From assembly GCA_031082155.1 (NCBI GenBank), contig JAVHLL010000009.1, positions 2,052 through 66,051 on the forward strand: a stretch of 64,000 nt of DNA. The letters run 5' to 3'. Below are positions 19,592 through 30,400 of this stretch, piece by piece. Source of the stretch: Thermodesulfovibrionales bacterium. GTDB taxonomy: Bacteria > Nitrospirota > Thermodesulfovibrionia > Thermodesulfovibrionales > SM23-35. The notes under the pieces were generated by a model, which was not told the DNA's origin, ran no database searches, and saw nothing but the letters and a program-made list of their open reading frames with translations. The translations under genes and the position numbers were made by a program. Position 1 is the stretch's first letter; each line of letters starts with the position of its first letter.

Positions 19592-20403
19592 TAATCTTTT
19601 TTCCTGTCTAATGCTCTATTCAAACTCCCGGTCCGGTAGCCGTCGAGGTCGAGGGAGACAAAGATATACCCAAGAGATTTCAGTGTTTCAGAAATGATCT
19701 TTCTCTTTTCTGTATTCAGCAGAAGATCCATTTCCTCCTCCCCGACCTCTATCCGGGCAGTCCCGTCGTGGTCTCTTACCCGTAACTGACGGAATCCTAA
19801 AGATCCAAGGAAGTCCTCTGCCTTTGCGACTCTCCGGAGGGCTTTTCTGGTAATTTTCTGACCGTAGGGAAACCGTGTGGCAAGGCATGAAGATGAAGGT
19901 TTGTCCCATGTGCTGAGGCCGAGCTGACGGGAACATTCCCTTATGTCGCGCTTCGAAAATTCAGCTTCCGCAAGGGGGCTTCTGACCCTGTGCTTGTGCG
20001 CGGCTTGTTTCCCAGGCCTGTAGTCCGAAGCATCATCACTGTTACTTCCATCAATGACGAACTTGTATCCCTCTGCATTCGCTACGTCCTTCAGTGTCCT
20101 GAATAAGGCGTCTTTACAAAGGAAGCACCTTGCAGGGGTGTTCTCGGCAAATTGATTTAGTGCCAGTTCGTCCGTCTCGATGAATCTGTGTTCCAGGCCG
20201 AGTTGCTTTGCCATTTCCTGTGCGGCAAGGATGTCTTTCCGGGGGAAAATATCCGATACCGCGGTTACCGCCAGGGATTTGATGCCGCACAGCTGAGCAG
20301 TTTTGAGGAGGAAGGTGCTGTCGGCCCCTCCGGAATACGCAAGCACGGCACTTTCCATATCCTTGAGAATTCGTGAGAGGCGGTCAAACTTTTTCATAGA
20401 CAT
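19591..20403 (-). CDS. larE: ATP-dependent sulfur transferase LarE
   Basis: PP-loop AYSGGADS, RCFLCK, DYRPG, CLATRFPYG, RVRDH, GYRTGSLN. Confidence 0.9.
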   Translation of the reverse strand: MSMKKFDRLSRILKDMESAVLAYSGGADSTFLLKTAQLCGIKSLAVTAVSDIFPRKDILAAQEMAKQLGLEHRFIETDELALNQFAENTPARCFLCKDALFRTLKDVANAEGYKFVIDGSNSDDASDYRPGKQAAHKHRVRSPLAEAEFSKRDIRECSRQLGLSTWDKPSSSCLATRFPYGQKITRKALRRVAKAEDFLGSLGFRQLRVRDHDGTARIEVGEEEMDLLLNTEKRKIISETLKSLGYIFVSLDLDGYRTGSLNRALDRKKD

Positions 20404-20447
20404 TGCGTGTAGTGCTTTCGAGGCAGACTCGCTACGGGGAAGACAGT

Positions 20448-21953
20448 TTATAATACAGTAACCTCATAATTTTCCTGGTGAAGGTTCCGGCTCTCTCTTA
20501 TGGTTACCTTGACATTATATTTATTTTCGATATCTTCGATCCCCGCACGTTCTTCATCCGAGAGAAGTTCTGCCACTGAAGGGTGGGCGGTTACAATGAT
20601 CCTGTCGCTCCCGTGTTTTGCAAGTCTCGTGACTTTCCGGAATATTTCATAACAGAGAGTCCGGGGTGATTTCACAAATCCTTTCCCTTCACAATACGGG
20701 CAGGTCTCGCAGAGGGTTCTCCCAAGGCTTTCCCTGACCCGTTTCCGGGTCATCTGGATGAGTCCGAGTTCGGAGATATGGGATATGGTATTCTTTGCAC
20801 GGTCCTTCTTCATCGCTTCAACAAACGCATTGAATACCCTGTCCCGGTTTTCGTACTTTTCCATATCAATAAAGTCGACGATAATGATGCCCCCAAGGTT
20901 CCTGAGACGAATCTGATACGCTATCTCCTTCACGGCTTCAAGGTTCGTCTTGAGTATGGTGTCCTCCAGCTCTTCTTTTCCTACGAATTTGCCGGTATTC
21001 ACATCAATAACGGTCATTGCTTCTGTCTGGTCAATCACGATATACCCTCCTGACTTTAACCAGACTTTTCTCCCGAGGGCCCTTGATATATCAAATTCGA
21101 TTCCATAGGCATCGAATACAGGCTCTGTCCCTTCGTACAGGTCAATATCTCCAAGGAGTTTCTCAAAATAGGTTCTGACAAAATCCTTAATCCTCTCATA
21201 TTCATCAGGTGAATCCACAACAAGACTCTTGACGTCCTGCACCATAAGGTCTCTCACGCTTCTGAAGACGAGATCAAGGTCGCTATATAAGAGTGAAGGG
21301 GCTGAAACCCTCTCCTTTTTCTTCTGGATGTTTTGCCAGAGGAGATAGAGGAATTCCAGATCTTTTTTCAGGTCCTCTTCGGCAGAGCCTTCACATGCTG
21401 TTCTGATGATTAATCCGTATCCTTTTGGTTTTATCTCCTCTACGATAGTCCTTAGTCTCGTTCTCTCAGTCTCGTCGGGTATTCTTCTTGAAATCCCTAT
21501 GTGCTCAACATTCGGCATCAGTACGAGATATCTTCCGGGAAGCGTCACATAGGAAGTGACCCTCGCGCCTTTGCTCCCGATCGGATCTTTGGAGACCTGC
21601 ACAAGGATCTCCTGTCCCTCCTGTATCAAGTCTTCGATGGTGAGGTCGGGCCTTCCCCTTTTCGAAACCAGCTCAATTGAGTTTACTTTCTCTTCTTCTT
21701 CAAGGAACGGTGCAAATTCTTCGAGGCCTGCATGAATATCGGTTACATAAAGAAACGCGGCCTTATCAAGTCCGATATCCACAAAGGCTGACTGCATTCC
21801 CGGAAGTATTTTTACCACTTTTCCCTTATAAATGTTCCCGACGAGGCTTGCGTCCCGTTTTCTCTCGACATAGAACTCAACCACCTGGCCGCCTTCAAGA
21901 AGACCGACCCTGATCTCGTCACGGGTTACATTAATGAGTATCTCGCTGTCCAT
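20448..21953 (-). CDS. rng: Rne/Rng family ribonuclease (RNase G-like)
   Basis: GNIYKGKV, AFVDIG, IDVNTG, RLRNLGGIIIVDFIDM. Confidence 0.95.
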   Translation of the reverse strand: MDSEILINVTRDEIRVGLLEGGQVVEFYVERKRDASLVGNIYKGKVVKILPGMQSAFVDIGLDKAAFLYVTDIHAGLEEFAPFLEEEEKVNSIELVSKRGRPDLTIEDLIQEGQEILVQVSKDPIGSKGARVTSYVTLPGRYLVLMPNVEHIGISRRIPDETERTRLRTIVEEIKPKGYGLIIRTACEGSAEEDLKKDLEFLYLLWQNIQKKKERVSAPSLLYSDLDLVFRSVRDLMVQDVKSLVVDSPDEYERIKDFVRTYFEKLLGDIDLYEGTEPVFDAYGIEFDISRALGRKVWLKSGGYIVIDQTEAMTVIDVNTGKFVGKEELEDTILKTNLEAVKEIAYQIRLRNLGGIIIVDFIDMEKYENRDRVFNAFVEAMKKDRAKNTISHISELGLIQMTRKRVRESLGRTLCETCPYCEGKGFVKSPRTLCYEIFRKVTRLAKHGSDRIIVTAHPSVAELLSDEERAGIEDIENKYNVKVTIRESRNLHQENYEVTVL

Positions 21954-21955
21954 GG

Positions 21956-24466
21956 TTACATTTTACATTGTACGAGCGGTATTTTGTATGTATTAAAAGG
22001 TTTTACCCAACTTCCCTTCCAGCCGAAGACGGCGGTCCTTGTAATATCAAGCCTTTCCATCGGTTCAGAGAAGATCAGAGGGAGAATCTCCCCGAGCCTT
22101 ACCTTGATGTCCCCCTGGTCAACAAGCATTAATTGTGCTGTATCACTATCGATGATCAAAGCGTCTTCGACCATACTCCTCACATTTATATCATATTTTA
22201 CTCTATTTATCAGTAGCTCTTTTTTGGAGAGGAAGGCATGAATCTGAGAGATATCTCCCCCTGTTACACGGTATTCGTACCGGGAGATGAAACTGTTCAG
22301 GGATTCCGTATTCCCCGATATGGCAGACATTGCGGTAATGGAAATTCCGTCAGGAAGCTTACTGTTCAAAGTTTCCCGGTTTTTCTCAAGATCGAAGGGC
22401 GGCAGAACTTCCATATCGAAATATTCTTGTAAACCCGCAACACCGACGCCAAGCGGAGGGCCGAACGCCATTTTCGGAGTCGGATGAAATCCCTGTGTAT
22501 ATTCCAGGGCAACCCCGGCCCTTCGCATTGCCCGATGAAGGGCCGTCATGAGTTCAAGATGGGAGAGGTGGCGCAATACACCGGTCTTGGAGAATTCAAC
22601 CCGTATCTTCACCGATTTGAACCGGGGAAGCAGGGAAGGAGAGAAGCTGAGAGAATGAGCGACGCCTGATTCATTGTCTCTGTTTGCCCTTTCATGACTT
22701 CTGAACTTTTCATCGCATTGTAACCCGCAGTTATGGCAGTGTTTTCTGCAGTCGCTCGTAAAGTCAGCGGACAAAGCCTTCTCAAATTCTTTCCAGAGAA
22801 ATTCTTTCGCAACCCCTGTGTCTATGTGATCCCAGGGCAATGTGTCATGCTGCCGGTAAGCCCTTTGAGCATATGACGCTGCGTCAATGCCGGTAGTTTC
22901 CATCGCTTTTTTCCATATGCCGGAATCGAACATCTCGGTCCACCCGTCGAGACGGCATCCGAGAGACCAGGCCTTCTCGACAAGCAGCGACAGGTTCTTG
23001 TCTCCCCGTGCAAAAGCTGCCTCCAGGAGGCTCATATCAACGTCATGCCCTTTGATATTTATTCCCCTGCGTTTCAGCCGTTCTCTCACAAAATCTTTTT
23101 TTCTCTGAAGTTCATCCGGCGGGTTTTGACCATACCATTGGAACGGGGTATGAGCCTTGGGGACAAAGGGGGAGACGCCGACTGTGATATGAACAAATTT
23201 TTTTACGTACTGTTTGGCAATTTTCAGCGCTTTTAACGCCATACCGGGTATTGCATTGATATCTTCATCTGTCTCGGTCGGAAGCCCGACCATAAAATAG
23301 AGCTTGAGGTTCTGCCAGCCTTCTTCGAAGAGTGTTCTCAGGGCTTGCTCATATTCCTCGTCTGAGAAATCTTTATTGATAACCCTTCTCAACCTGTCTG
23401 TCCCAGCCTCCGGCGCTATGGTGAAGCCGGTTTTCCTGACAGTTTTAATCTCCTTCAGGACCTCATGGTTGACAGCCGCTATGCGGAGAGAAGGCAGCGA
23501 AATGGCAATTTTCTGATTTCCGAACCTCCTGTTGCATTCTTTCAGTACCGCAAGGAGACAGCTATAGTCTCCTGCGCTGAGAGAAGTAAACGCGACTTCT
23601 TCATAGCCGGTATTTTTCAGGGCGCTTTCTGTGAGAGACATAACCTTTTCAGGGCTTCTTTCCCTTACAGGCCGGTAAATCATACCTGCCTGGCAGAACC
23701 TGCACCCCATGGAGCAGCCCCTGGAAACCTCAATATTTATCCTGTCATGGATTATTGGAGCATAGGGAACGATTGGCTGGTCGGGATAAGGCGCGTCGTC
23801 AAGTGATGCAAGCATGCGCCTTCTGATTTTCTTTATTCCTTTTTCCTCCTCAGCATCGTGAATGATGGGCACATAGATCCCCTCGATCAGAGACAATGCC
23901 TTGAGGAGCGATTCTTTCTTCATGTCACCATCTTTTTTCCATTCATGATAAGTATGCAAAATGTCCGCGATTGCTTCTTCACCGTCGCCTATCAGAAACG
24001 CGTCGATAAAAGGCAGCATGGGCAACGGGTTCACCGTGCATGGCCCGCCCGCAATAATCAGGGGAGAGGAACTGCCTGACGAATCGAGACGGTCGGCGGT
24101 CCTGAGGGGAATTTTCCCGAGAGAGAGCATATTGAGAACTGTCGTGTAGGAGAGCTCATACTGCAGACTGAACCCGATAATATCGAAATCCCTCAGGGGG
24201 CGGTTTGTCTCGAGTGAAGACAGGACCACGCCTTTTGATTTCATATATTCCTCAAGGTCAGTCCATGGAGAAAATACCCGCTCTGCCGAGGCGAAGGGTA
24301 TGTCATTGATTATCTTATAGAGAATACGGAGGCCGAGATGAGACATGCCGATCTCATAGACGTCAGGGAACGCGAGAGCGACCTTTACCGGTGTCGCTCC
24401 TTTATGAACAGCGTTTATCTCCCTGTTAATATATCTGCTTGGTTTTTGAAAAAAAGACAGGTTCAC
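21956..24466 (-). CDS. B12-binding-like radical SAM protein (TIGR03960-type) fused to a TIGR03936/DUF2344-type domain
   Basis: FPDVYEIGMSHLG, RGCSMGCRFCQAG, APEAGT; C-terminal SHLEL..YTQGFHPTP. Confidence 0.9.
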   Translation of the reverse strand: MNLSFFQKPSRYINREINAVHKGATPVKVALAFPDVYEIGMSHLGLRILYKIINDIPFASAERVFSPWTDLEEYMKSKGVVLSSLETNRPLRDFDIIGFSLQYELSYTTVLNMLSLGKIPLRTADRLDSSGSSSPLIIAGGPCTVNPLPMLPFIDAFLIGDGEEAIADILHTYHEWKKDGDMKKESLLKALSLIEGIYVPIIHDAEEEKGIKKIRRRMLASLDDAPYPDQPIVPYAPIIHDRINIEVSRGCSMGCRFCQAGMIYRPVRERSPEKVMSLTESALKNTGYEEVAFTSLSAGDYSCLLAVLKECNRRFGNQKIAISLPSLRIAAVNHEVLKEIKTVRKTGFTIAPEAGTDRLRRVINKDFSDEEYEQALRTLFEEGWQNLKLYFMVGLPTETDEDINAIPGMALKALKIAKQYVKKFVHITVGVSPFVPKAHTPFQWYGQNPPDELQRKKDFVRERLKRRGINIKGHDVDMSLLEAAFARGDKNLSLLVEKAWSLGCRLDGWTEMFDSGIWKKAMETTGIDAASYAQRAYRQHDTLPWDHIDTGVAKEFLWKEFEKALSADFTSDCRKHCHNCGLQCDEKFRSHERANRDNESGVAHSLSFSPSLLPRFKSVKIRVEFSKTGVLRHLSHLELMTALHRAMRRAGVALEYTQGFHPTPKMAFGPPLGVGVAGLQEYFDMEVLPPFDLEKNRETLNSKLPDGISITAMSAISGNTESLNSFISRYEYRVTGGDISQIHAFLSKKELLINRVKYDINVRSMVEDALIIDSDTAQLMLVDQGDIKVRLGEILPLIFSEPMERLDITRTAVFGWKGSWVKPFNTYKIPLVQCKM

Positions 24467-24657
24467 TGAATAAGCATACCATCAGGAAAGCCCAATTATC
24501 AAGGCTTTATCAACTGGCGGGTGCCTTAGCCGCCGTTCATCTGTCCGCGTCTGGAGCGTACGTTATTCTACAGCAGCGGGCTCGCCATCGTTCAAACAGT
24601 CTTTACATGACATAGCTTCTGGAGGGCGACTGCCAGGGATGTCCATCTGATAAATGT

Positions 24658-24685
24658 ATCACTCCCTACCCGGGTAGGGAGTGAT
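24658..24685. promoter_or_regulatory. perfect 28-bp palindrome between divergent genes
   Basis: ATCACTCCCTACCC|GGGTAGGGAGTGAT. Confidence 0.55.
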
Positions 24686-24794
24686 TCTCCGTTTAACAAG
24701 CTATAATGGATTATAAAAGATGCAGTGTGCCCGTGAATAAAAAAGGATTCACGCTTAAGAAAAAACCGGCTATGCAATAGACCTTAAGGCTACT

Positions 24795-26348
24795 ATGTCA
24801 CTTCATAAAAAAACACTGGCTATTACCGTATTGACCATCGGGAGCTTAATGCTTGTTTTGTTTTTGATCGCGCGATTTATTCTGCTGAACAGCGCTGCAG
24901 TGCTTGAAGAACAGGAAGTACGGAAAAATGTTGAGAGAGTCTTGTATGCATTCCGTGAGGATCTCGCAACTCTGAATAATACCGCTGATGACTGGGCAGC
25001 CTGGGATGATACCTATTCGTTTGTAAACGGTGAATATGATGATTATGTAAAAGTCAATCTTGTGGATTCAACATTCGTCAGTCAAAGGCTGAACCTTGTT
25101 CTGTTTCTCAACGTCAGGGGAAGGATGGTTTTTGGAAAAGCATTTAATTTACCGCAGGAAGAAGCGATGCCGGTGCCGGAGGATATACAACAACATCTCG
25201 TGCCCGATAGCCCGGTTCTCCGGCATACGGATCTCAACAGCAACGTTTCCGGAATCATTCTGCTGAAAGATGCTCCCATGCTTGTTTCTTCATGGCCGAT
25301 CAGGACAAGTGGAAAAAAGGGGCCGATTCGCGGGACGTTGATCTTCGGACGGTATTTTGATTCTCCTGAAGTTAAACGGCTTGCAGCAATAACCAATCTG
25401 TCGTTTACCCTGTCACGTTTGGATGATCAGCGCTTGCTATCAGCTTTTATGAGAGAACAGGCTTCGTTTTCCGGCAATCCTCCTGTGCTGATCAGACCGG
25501 TAAGCGCAGAAAAGATTACAGGGCATACATTTCTGAACAATATTTATGGAAAACCTGTTGTTTTATTAAACATAAAAATGCCGAGAACAATCTATCAGCA
25601 GGGCCGGAAGAGCCTCTTTTACTTTCTCCTTTCCCTTGCAGTGACCGGGCTGGTATTCATTGTGCTGACCGTATTCCTTTTCGAAAAACAGGTTTTGTCC
25701 CGTTTGCTGAGCGTTCACAAAAGCATACGCGCCATTCGGAAGAGCGGCGATCTTTCCCTGCGTGTGCCGGTGCAAGGCAGCGATGAGCTCTCAAGCCTTA
25801 AGAAGGAAATCAACAAGATGCTCGAAACACAGGAACAGACGCAGAAAGTGCTGAAAGCCTCTTCCCTGAGTGATGAATTAACCGGGTTGTATAACCGGAG
25901 AGGTTTCTTTTCTTTTGCCGAACAACAGTTGAAAGTGGCTGAACGGATGAAAAGAGGAATGCTCCTGTTGTACGGAGATGTGGACAACCTGAAAATCATT
26001 AACGATACACTGGGTCATCTGGAAGGAGACCGTACGTTAAGAGACACGGCAAAAATATTTAAAGAGACTTTTCGCGAGTCAGATATTGTTGCGCGAATTG
26101 GCGGGGATGAATTTGCAGTGCTTACCGAGATGAAGGAAGAGGTCAACGCGGAAGTGCTGACTTCCCGATTGGGAAAAAGTCTGAATTCTCGTAATACACA
26201 GGAAGGGCGGCTCTATAAAATAGCTTTAAGCATAGGTATTTCATACTATGATCCACAAAATCCCTGTGTCATCGAACAACTGCTTGCTGAAGCGGACAGA
26301 AATATGTACGAGCAGAAACGCGAAAAACAGGAAAACGGAATTACGTAA
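24795..26348 (+). CDS. membrane-bound diguanylate cyclase (CHASE4-HAMP-GGDEF)
   Basis: DWAAWDDTY (CHASE4), two TM helices, DEL (HAMP), DELTGLYNRRG, RESD I-site, GGDEF. Confidence 0.93.
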   Translation: MSLHKKTLAITVLTIGSLMLVLFLIARFILLNSAAVLEEQEVRKNVERVLYAFREDLATLNNTADDWAAWDDTYSFVNGEYDDYVKVNLVDSTFVSQRLNLVLFLNVRGRMVFGKAFNLPQEEAMPVPEDIQQHLVPDSPVLRHTDLNSNVSGIILLKDAPMLVSSWPIRTSGKKGPIRGTLIFGRYFDSPEVKRLAAITNLSFTLSRLDDQRLLSAFMREQASFSGNPPVLIRPVSAEKITGHTFLNNIYGKPVVLLNIKMPRTIYQQGRKSLFYFLLSLAVTGLVFIVLTVFLFEKQVLSRLLSVHKSIRAIRKSGDLSLRVPVQGSDELSSLKKEINKMLETQEQTQKVLKASSLSDELTGLYNRRGFFSFAEQQLKVAERMKRGMLLLYGDVDNLKIINDTLGHLEGDRTLRDTAKIFKETFRESDIVARIGGDEFAVLTEMKEEVNAEVLTSRLGKSLNSRNTQEGRLYKIALSIGISYYDPQNPCVIEQLLAEADRNMYEQKREKQENGIT

Positions 26349-26478
26349 AACAGCTTCAGAGAGTCGGACAAGTCCTTATTGCGGGTCTTTCCCTTAAGGC
26401 GTGCTTTCATAACGGGAGTGTATAATCTATTGGTAGGCTGCGTTTCGGTACACATTTCTTCACACTGCAGAGAAATTA

Positions 26479-26943
26479 TTACTGTGTCGGGATTCTCCTG
26501 AATCCGCAGATTTTACGACGCCAGTATGGGTCAAACGATGAGAGGTTCGTGCCTTTGCTGACCTGAGCATGATAAAAAGATTTCTGGTCTTTCACCATAC
26601 CGACATGTTTCAGGTTATCAAAAAATACAAGTGACCCGAAGTCATAAGAACTGTCCTGTGGAACACGGGGAAGGCTCATATAGAGTTTTCGTGCTGTTGT
26701 CCTCTTCATGATAATCCCATTGTCAGCCATAATGCGCCAGATAAAACCCGAACAGTCAAAACTCTTCAGACCAACAGCACCCCATACATACGGTTTCCCC
26801 AGATATTTTTCGAACGTTCTTTGAATTGTATCCCACATAGAATTCGATTGGTAAGCATTTTGCAAGGGTTCGGCAATTCCTGAAGTGAAGAGGAACCCCC
26901 AAATCAGGAGAGCTGAAAAGATGATGGAAACACGACGCATCAT
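26479..26943 (-). CDS. secreted NlpC/P60 (C40) cell-wall peptidase
   Basis: Signal peptide; LGKPYVWG, FDCSGF, HVGM. Confidence 0.9.
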   Translation of the reverse strand: MMRRVSIIFSALLIWGFLFTSGIAEPLQNAYQSNSMWDTIQRTFEKYLGKPYVWGAVGLKSFDCSGFIWRIMADNGIIMKRTTARKLYMSLPRVPQDSSYDFGSLVFFDNLKHVGMVKDQKSFYHAQVSKGTNLSSFDPYWRRKICGFRRIPTQ

Positions 26944-27146
26944 TTGATCGCGTTGCCAAGGAGAAGGCCTAATCCGATGAATAAACCGGCAAGAAAGATA
27001 GCCACTGATTTATTGTCTGCTTTCAACTGGTCGGAGAAATGAACACCGGGGGTCATCCAGTCAAATATCTTGTAGGCAATAAGAAAACCGGCAAGCCCTA
27101 TGACTAATGAGATCAAAATAGTGAGTGAATAATTGAGAAGATCCAT
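26940..27146 (-). CDS. DUF350-like small membrane protein
   Basis: Two TM helices, IFDWMTP..DQL..DN.SVAIFLAG. Confidence 0.75.
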   Translation of the reverse strand: MDLLNYSLTILISLVIGLAGFLIAYKIFDWMTPGVHFSDQLKADNKSVAIFLAGLFIGLGLLLGNAIK

Positions 27147-27329
27147 GATACAACCTCCTGTTGTAAAAATTGGAGACCGGAAGCTGCTTTCATTATATCA
27201 GATTTATTAACCTCAACTTAACCTGAAAAACGCAATTGAATAATGTCATACAAAGCTGCGTGTCAAGAAGTGGAAAACATTGAGGAAGGAACACTCTGAC
27301 AGATTTTTACCATCGGTTTCTTTCTTTTT

Positions 27330-27358
27330 TTGACAAAATATTTATTGTTTGATATAAG
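27330..27358 (+). promoter_or_regulatory. sigma70-like promoter
   Basis: TTGACA-N17-TATAAG with a TG extension, upstream of the 1176-aa gene. Confidence 0.6.
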
Positions 27359-27437
27359 TATGGCAAGTCATTGCAGTATGGTATTTGGGGTTTTGGGGGG
27401 AAGTTTGTAATTGGGGAAGGTCTTATAGGGGGATGAG

Positions 27438-30400
27438 ATGAAAAAAAGATTATGCTTACTCTCTTGTTTTGTCATTATGTTTCTCTTCGCTGGTCTGAAC
27501 TTTTCTTATGCCCTGGATTCTGATGGCGATGATGATGATATTGACGATTTATATGACAACTGTCCTTCTATGCCGAATCCAGATCAATTTGATTCTGATA
27601 AGATACCTTGTACGGACCCCGTCTGTGACATAGCCTGGATATCAGATGGTTTCGGAGATGCGTGTGACAACTGTCCTTATATTTATAATCCTGACCAGCT
27701 TGATACAGACGGCGACGGTATAGGTGATGTCTGTGAGATTGCAATAACCCCGATTACTCTTATGCTTACACCGGAAAACCCTGGACCCGGTGACAGTATC
27801 CGTCTTGATGTTTGGTATTTCGGTATTGACGTGCCTGAACCTGATATTAAGATCTTTATTAACCGCAGGCTGGAGAATGAATGCAGTGCGGTAACGTGTT
27901 CTTATGAGGGAGGTCCATTCCCGGACGGCCTTGCCTATTATGTTGAATATAAGGGAACAGACGGACTCGATTATAAGACACCCGAAGAGTTTAAAGTTCT
28001 TGAAAATGACGACTGGGACAATGACGGAGTGGTAAATAAGGACGATAACTGTCTCTTTGAGCCGAACAGCGACCAGAAAGATGAGGATATACTTGATTGT
28101 TCGACATTCCCGTGCTCATATAAAGGCGATGGTGTTGGAGATGTGTGTGACAATTGTCCAGGAATAATCAACAGCGATCAGACAGATGCCGACAAGGATA
28201 GCGTTGGTGATATCTGTGACAACTGCAAGCCGATATATACAAATTCAGAACAGTGCATTGCTGCCAGACAAACGCGTGACTGTCTGACAACCTGCTGGCA
28301 GGAGATAGTGCCTCCCGGCTCTCCTGCCTGTTACACAGAAGACTGGTTCTGCAAGTACTGCTGTGATTCTTCAGCAACAAACTGTACTGCAAACGGAATC
28401 GCTCAATTTGACAATGATCATGATGGGGTCGGCAATGCCTGTGATGCCTGTCCTGAAACGCCGGCGTATTTAGGGCCGAATATATTCGGCTGTCCCTCAT
28501 GCTATGACACCTCTACCGGGATTTTTTTAGATAAGACCGGAAGCGTTTATCCTGATGGAGTACCATTGAATGCCTTGCATGACCACTGTATTGATAAAAC
28601 ACATCTGGAACTATACTATTGTGACATCGACTTGCAGGTGCAGTCGATAAATCTTGATTGCACTCAACAGTTCGGCTCGAAAAGCATTTGTTACAATAAC
28701 GCCTGCAGAATGGACAAGGACGGTGACGGCATTCCTGATGAAACAGACAACTGTCCTGAATTATCCAATGTTTCCCAAGCAGACACTGACAAAGATTGGA
28801 TCGGTGATGCCTGCGATAATTGTCTCTCGGTTTATAACCAAGACCAGGAGGATTCAGATAATGACGGATCCGGTAATGCATGTGACAACTGTCCGTATAA
28901 CGCTAACGGAGATCAGGATGACAATGACGGTGATGGTATCGGCAATGCTTGCGATAACTGTCCGGAAAAAGCAAGTAAAGATCAGGAAGACAGCGACGGC
29001 GACAGTATTGGCAATCCCTGCGATAACTGTATCTACTATTCCAACGCCGGCCAGAAGGACTGGGACGTCGACGGTATCGGCGATGACTGCGACTGCAATG
29101 ACGATTTTATGGGAGCAAATGAAACCGGCGCCGACTGCGGAGGCATATGCAGTGTACAATGCCCGGACTGCATCCCTGTCATATTAAATGGAAACCCCAA
29201 TGACAAGATAGACGTGGTTTTTGTGCCTGATAAGGATTATAGTGGAAACATAACACAATTCAAAAAAGATGTGATGTTCCTCATTGAGAACGGTTATTTG
29301 AACCAGAGCGCCTTTCTCGATTCACGGTGCAAATTCAATTTTTACTATTATCCACAAGAAGGCGACTATGTATCGGCTTGTCAGAAATGGGAATTGCCGA
29401 TTGATCCGAGCGATCCTATATTCATTATTCCATTCCACGTGAAATTCTGGAAATCCTGCGGGTTTAGAGATTCAACGGCAATAGTATTTACCTCAGGCGG
29501 CAGGGCATGCGCTGAGGGTGGTTCATCGACGTTTTCTACCTCACTGGAGCCCAGAGTACCTGTCCACGAATCAGGTCACGCCATATTCGGCCTGCCTGAT
29601 GAATATTGTTGTGACGGCGGGTACTTCAAGCCAGCGGGCCATGCGAATATCTTTCCGTCCCTTGAAGACTGTCAGAGTTCATCTGTTAATCCTGGCTACT
29701 GTTTTGAGTTCTGTCCGACATTCAAATGCTGGCCGGGCAATGCGACAGAAATCCAGAACTGTAAAAATTGGTACAAGCAGTCAGCATGGCCGAGCTTTGA
29801 GTATGAATGCGATTGCAAGGAATATGCAACGAAGATGAACCTTGACCCGAACCAGTGCAAACCGGTGGATGGATCGGTAAACTGTTCGACAGCATGGTGG
29901 CCTTACTGGCAAGAAAGGGGGGTGTCCAACATTTATTCGCTCTCAGTACAGACACCGAACTGGTGCAACTGGAGAGGCAATGGAATGCAGGAATGCTGCG
30001 ATAACGGCTGGTGGAAATCCGATGCAAACAGTTGCTATATGGTGAACGGAAATATATTCCAGCCGGATTGCGACATAAAGATTACCGATAAACTTAACAG
30101 CCTGCCTGCCTGTACGAACCCGGGAACTTCATCTCTGAAGACCCTTTCGCTTGCCGGTCAGTCTGCGGCTGCAGATAAGTTCATCGCCCTTGGATACAAT
30201 ATAAAAGAAGGTGTTATAACATTACTCGGTGTTGCGCTTGATTATGGTTCAACCCCGAATTATTTCAATGAATACGGACGTTTTACCGTCAGAGAACTTT
30301 CATCTTCCGGTGAAGAACTGTTCAGTATCCTGCTCTCGGATCCCCGGGAATTCAGATTCGGCAGTCAAGAAAATTTTGAACAGGGCATGATGATGGGCGA

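Noticed and set aside
28700-29100. Repetitive DNA resembling a CRISPR or tandem array
   Set aside because: Degenerate coding repeats of TSP3 motifs; no identical repeats with unique spacers and no cas genes
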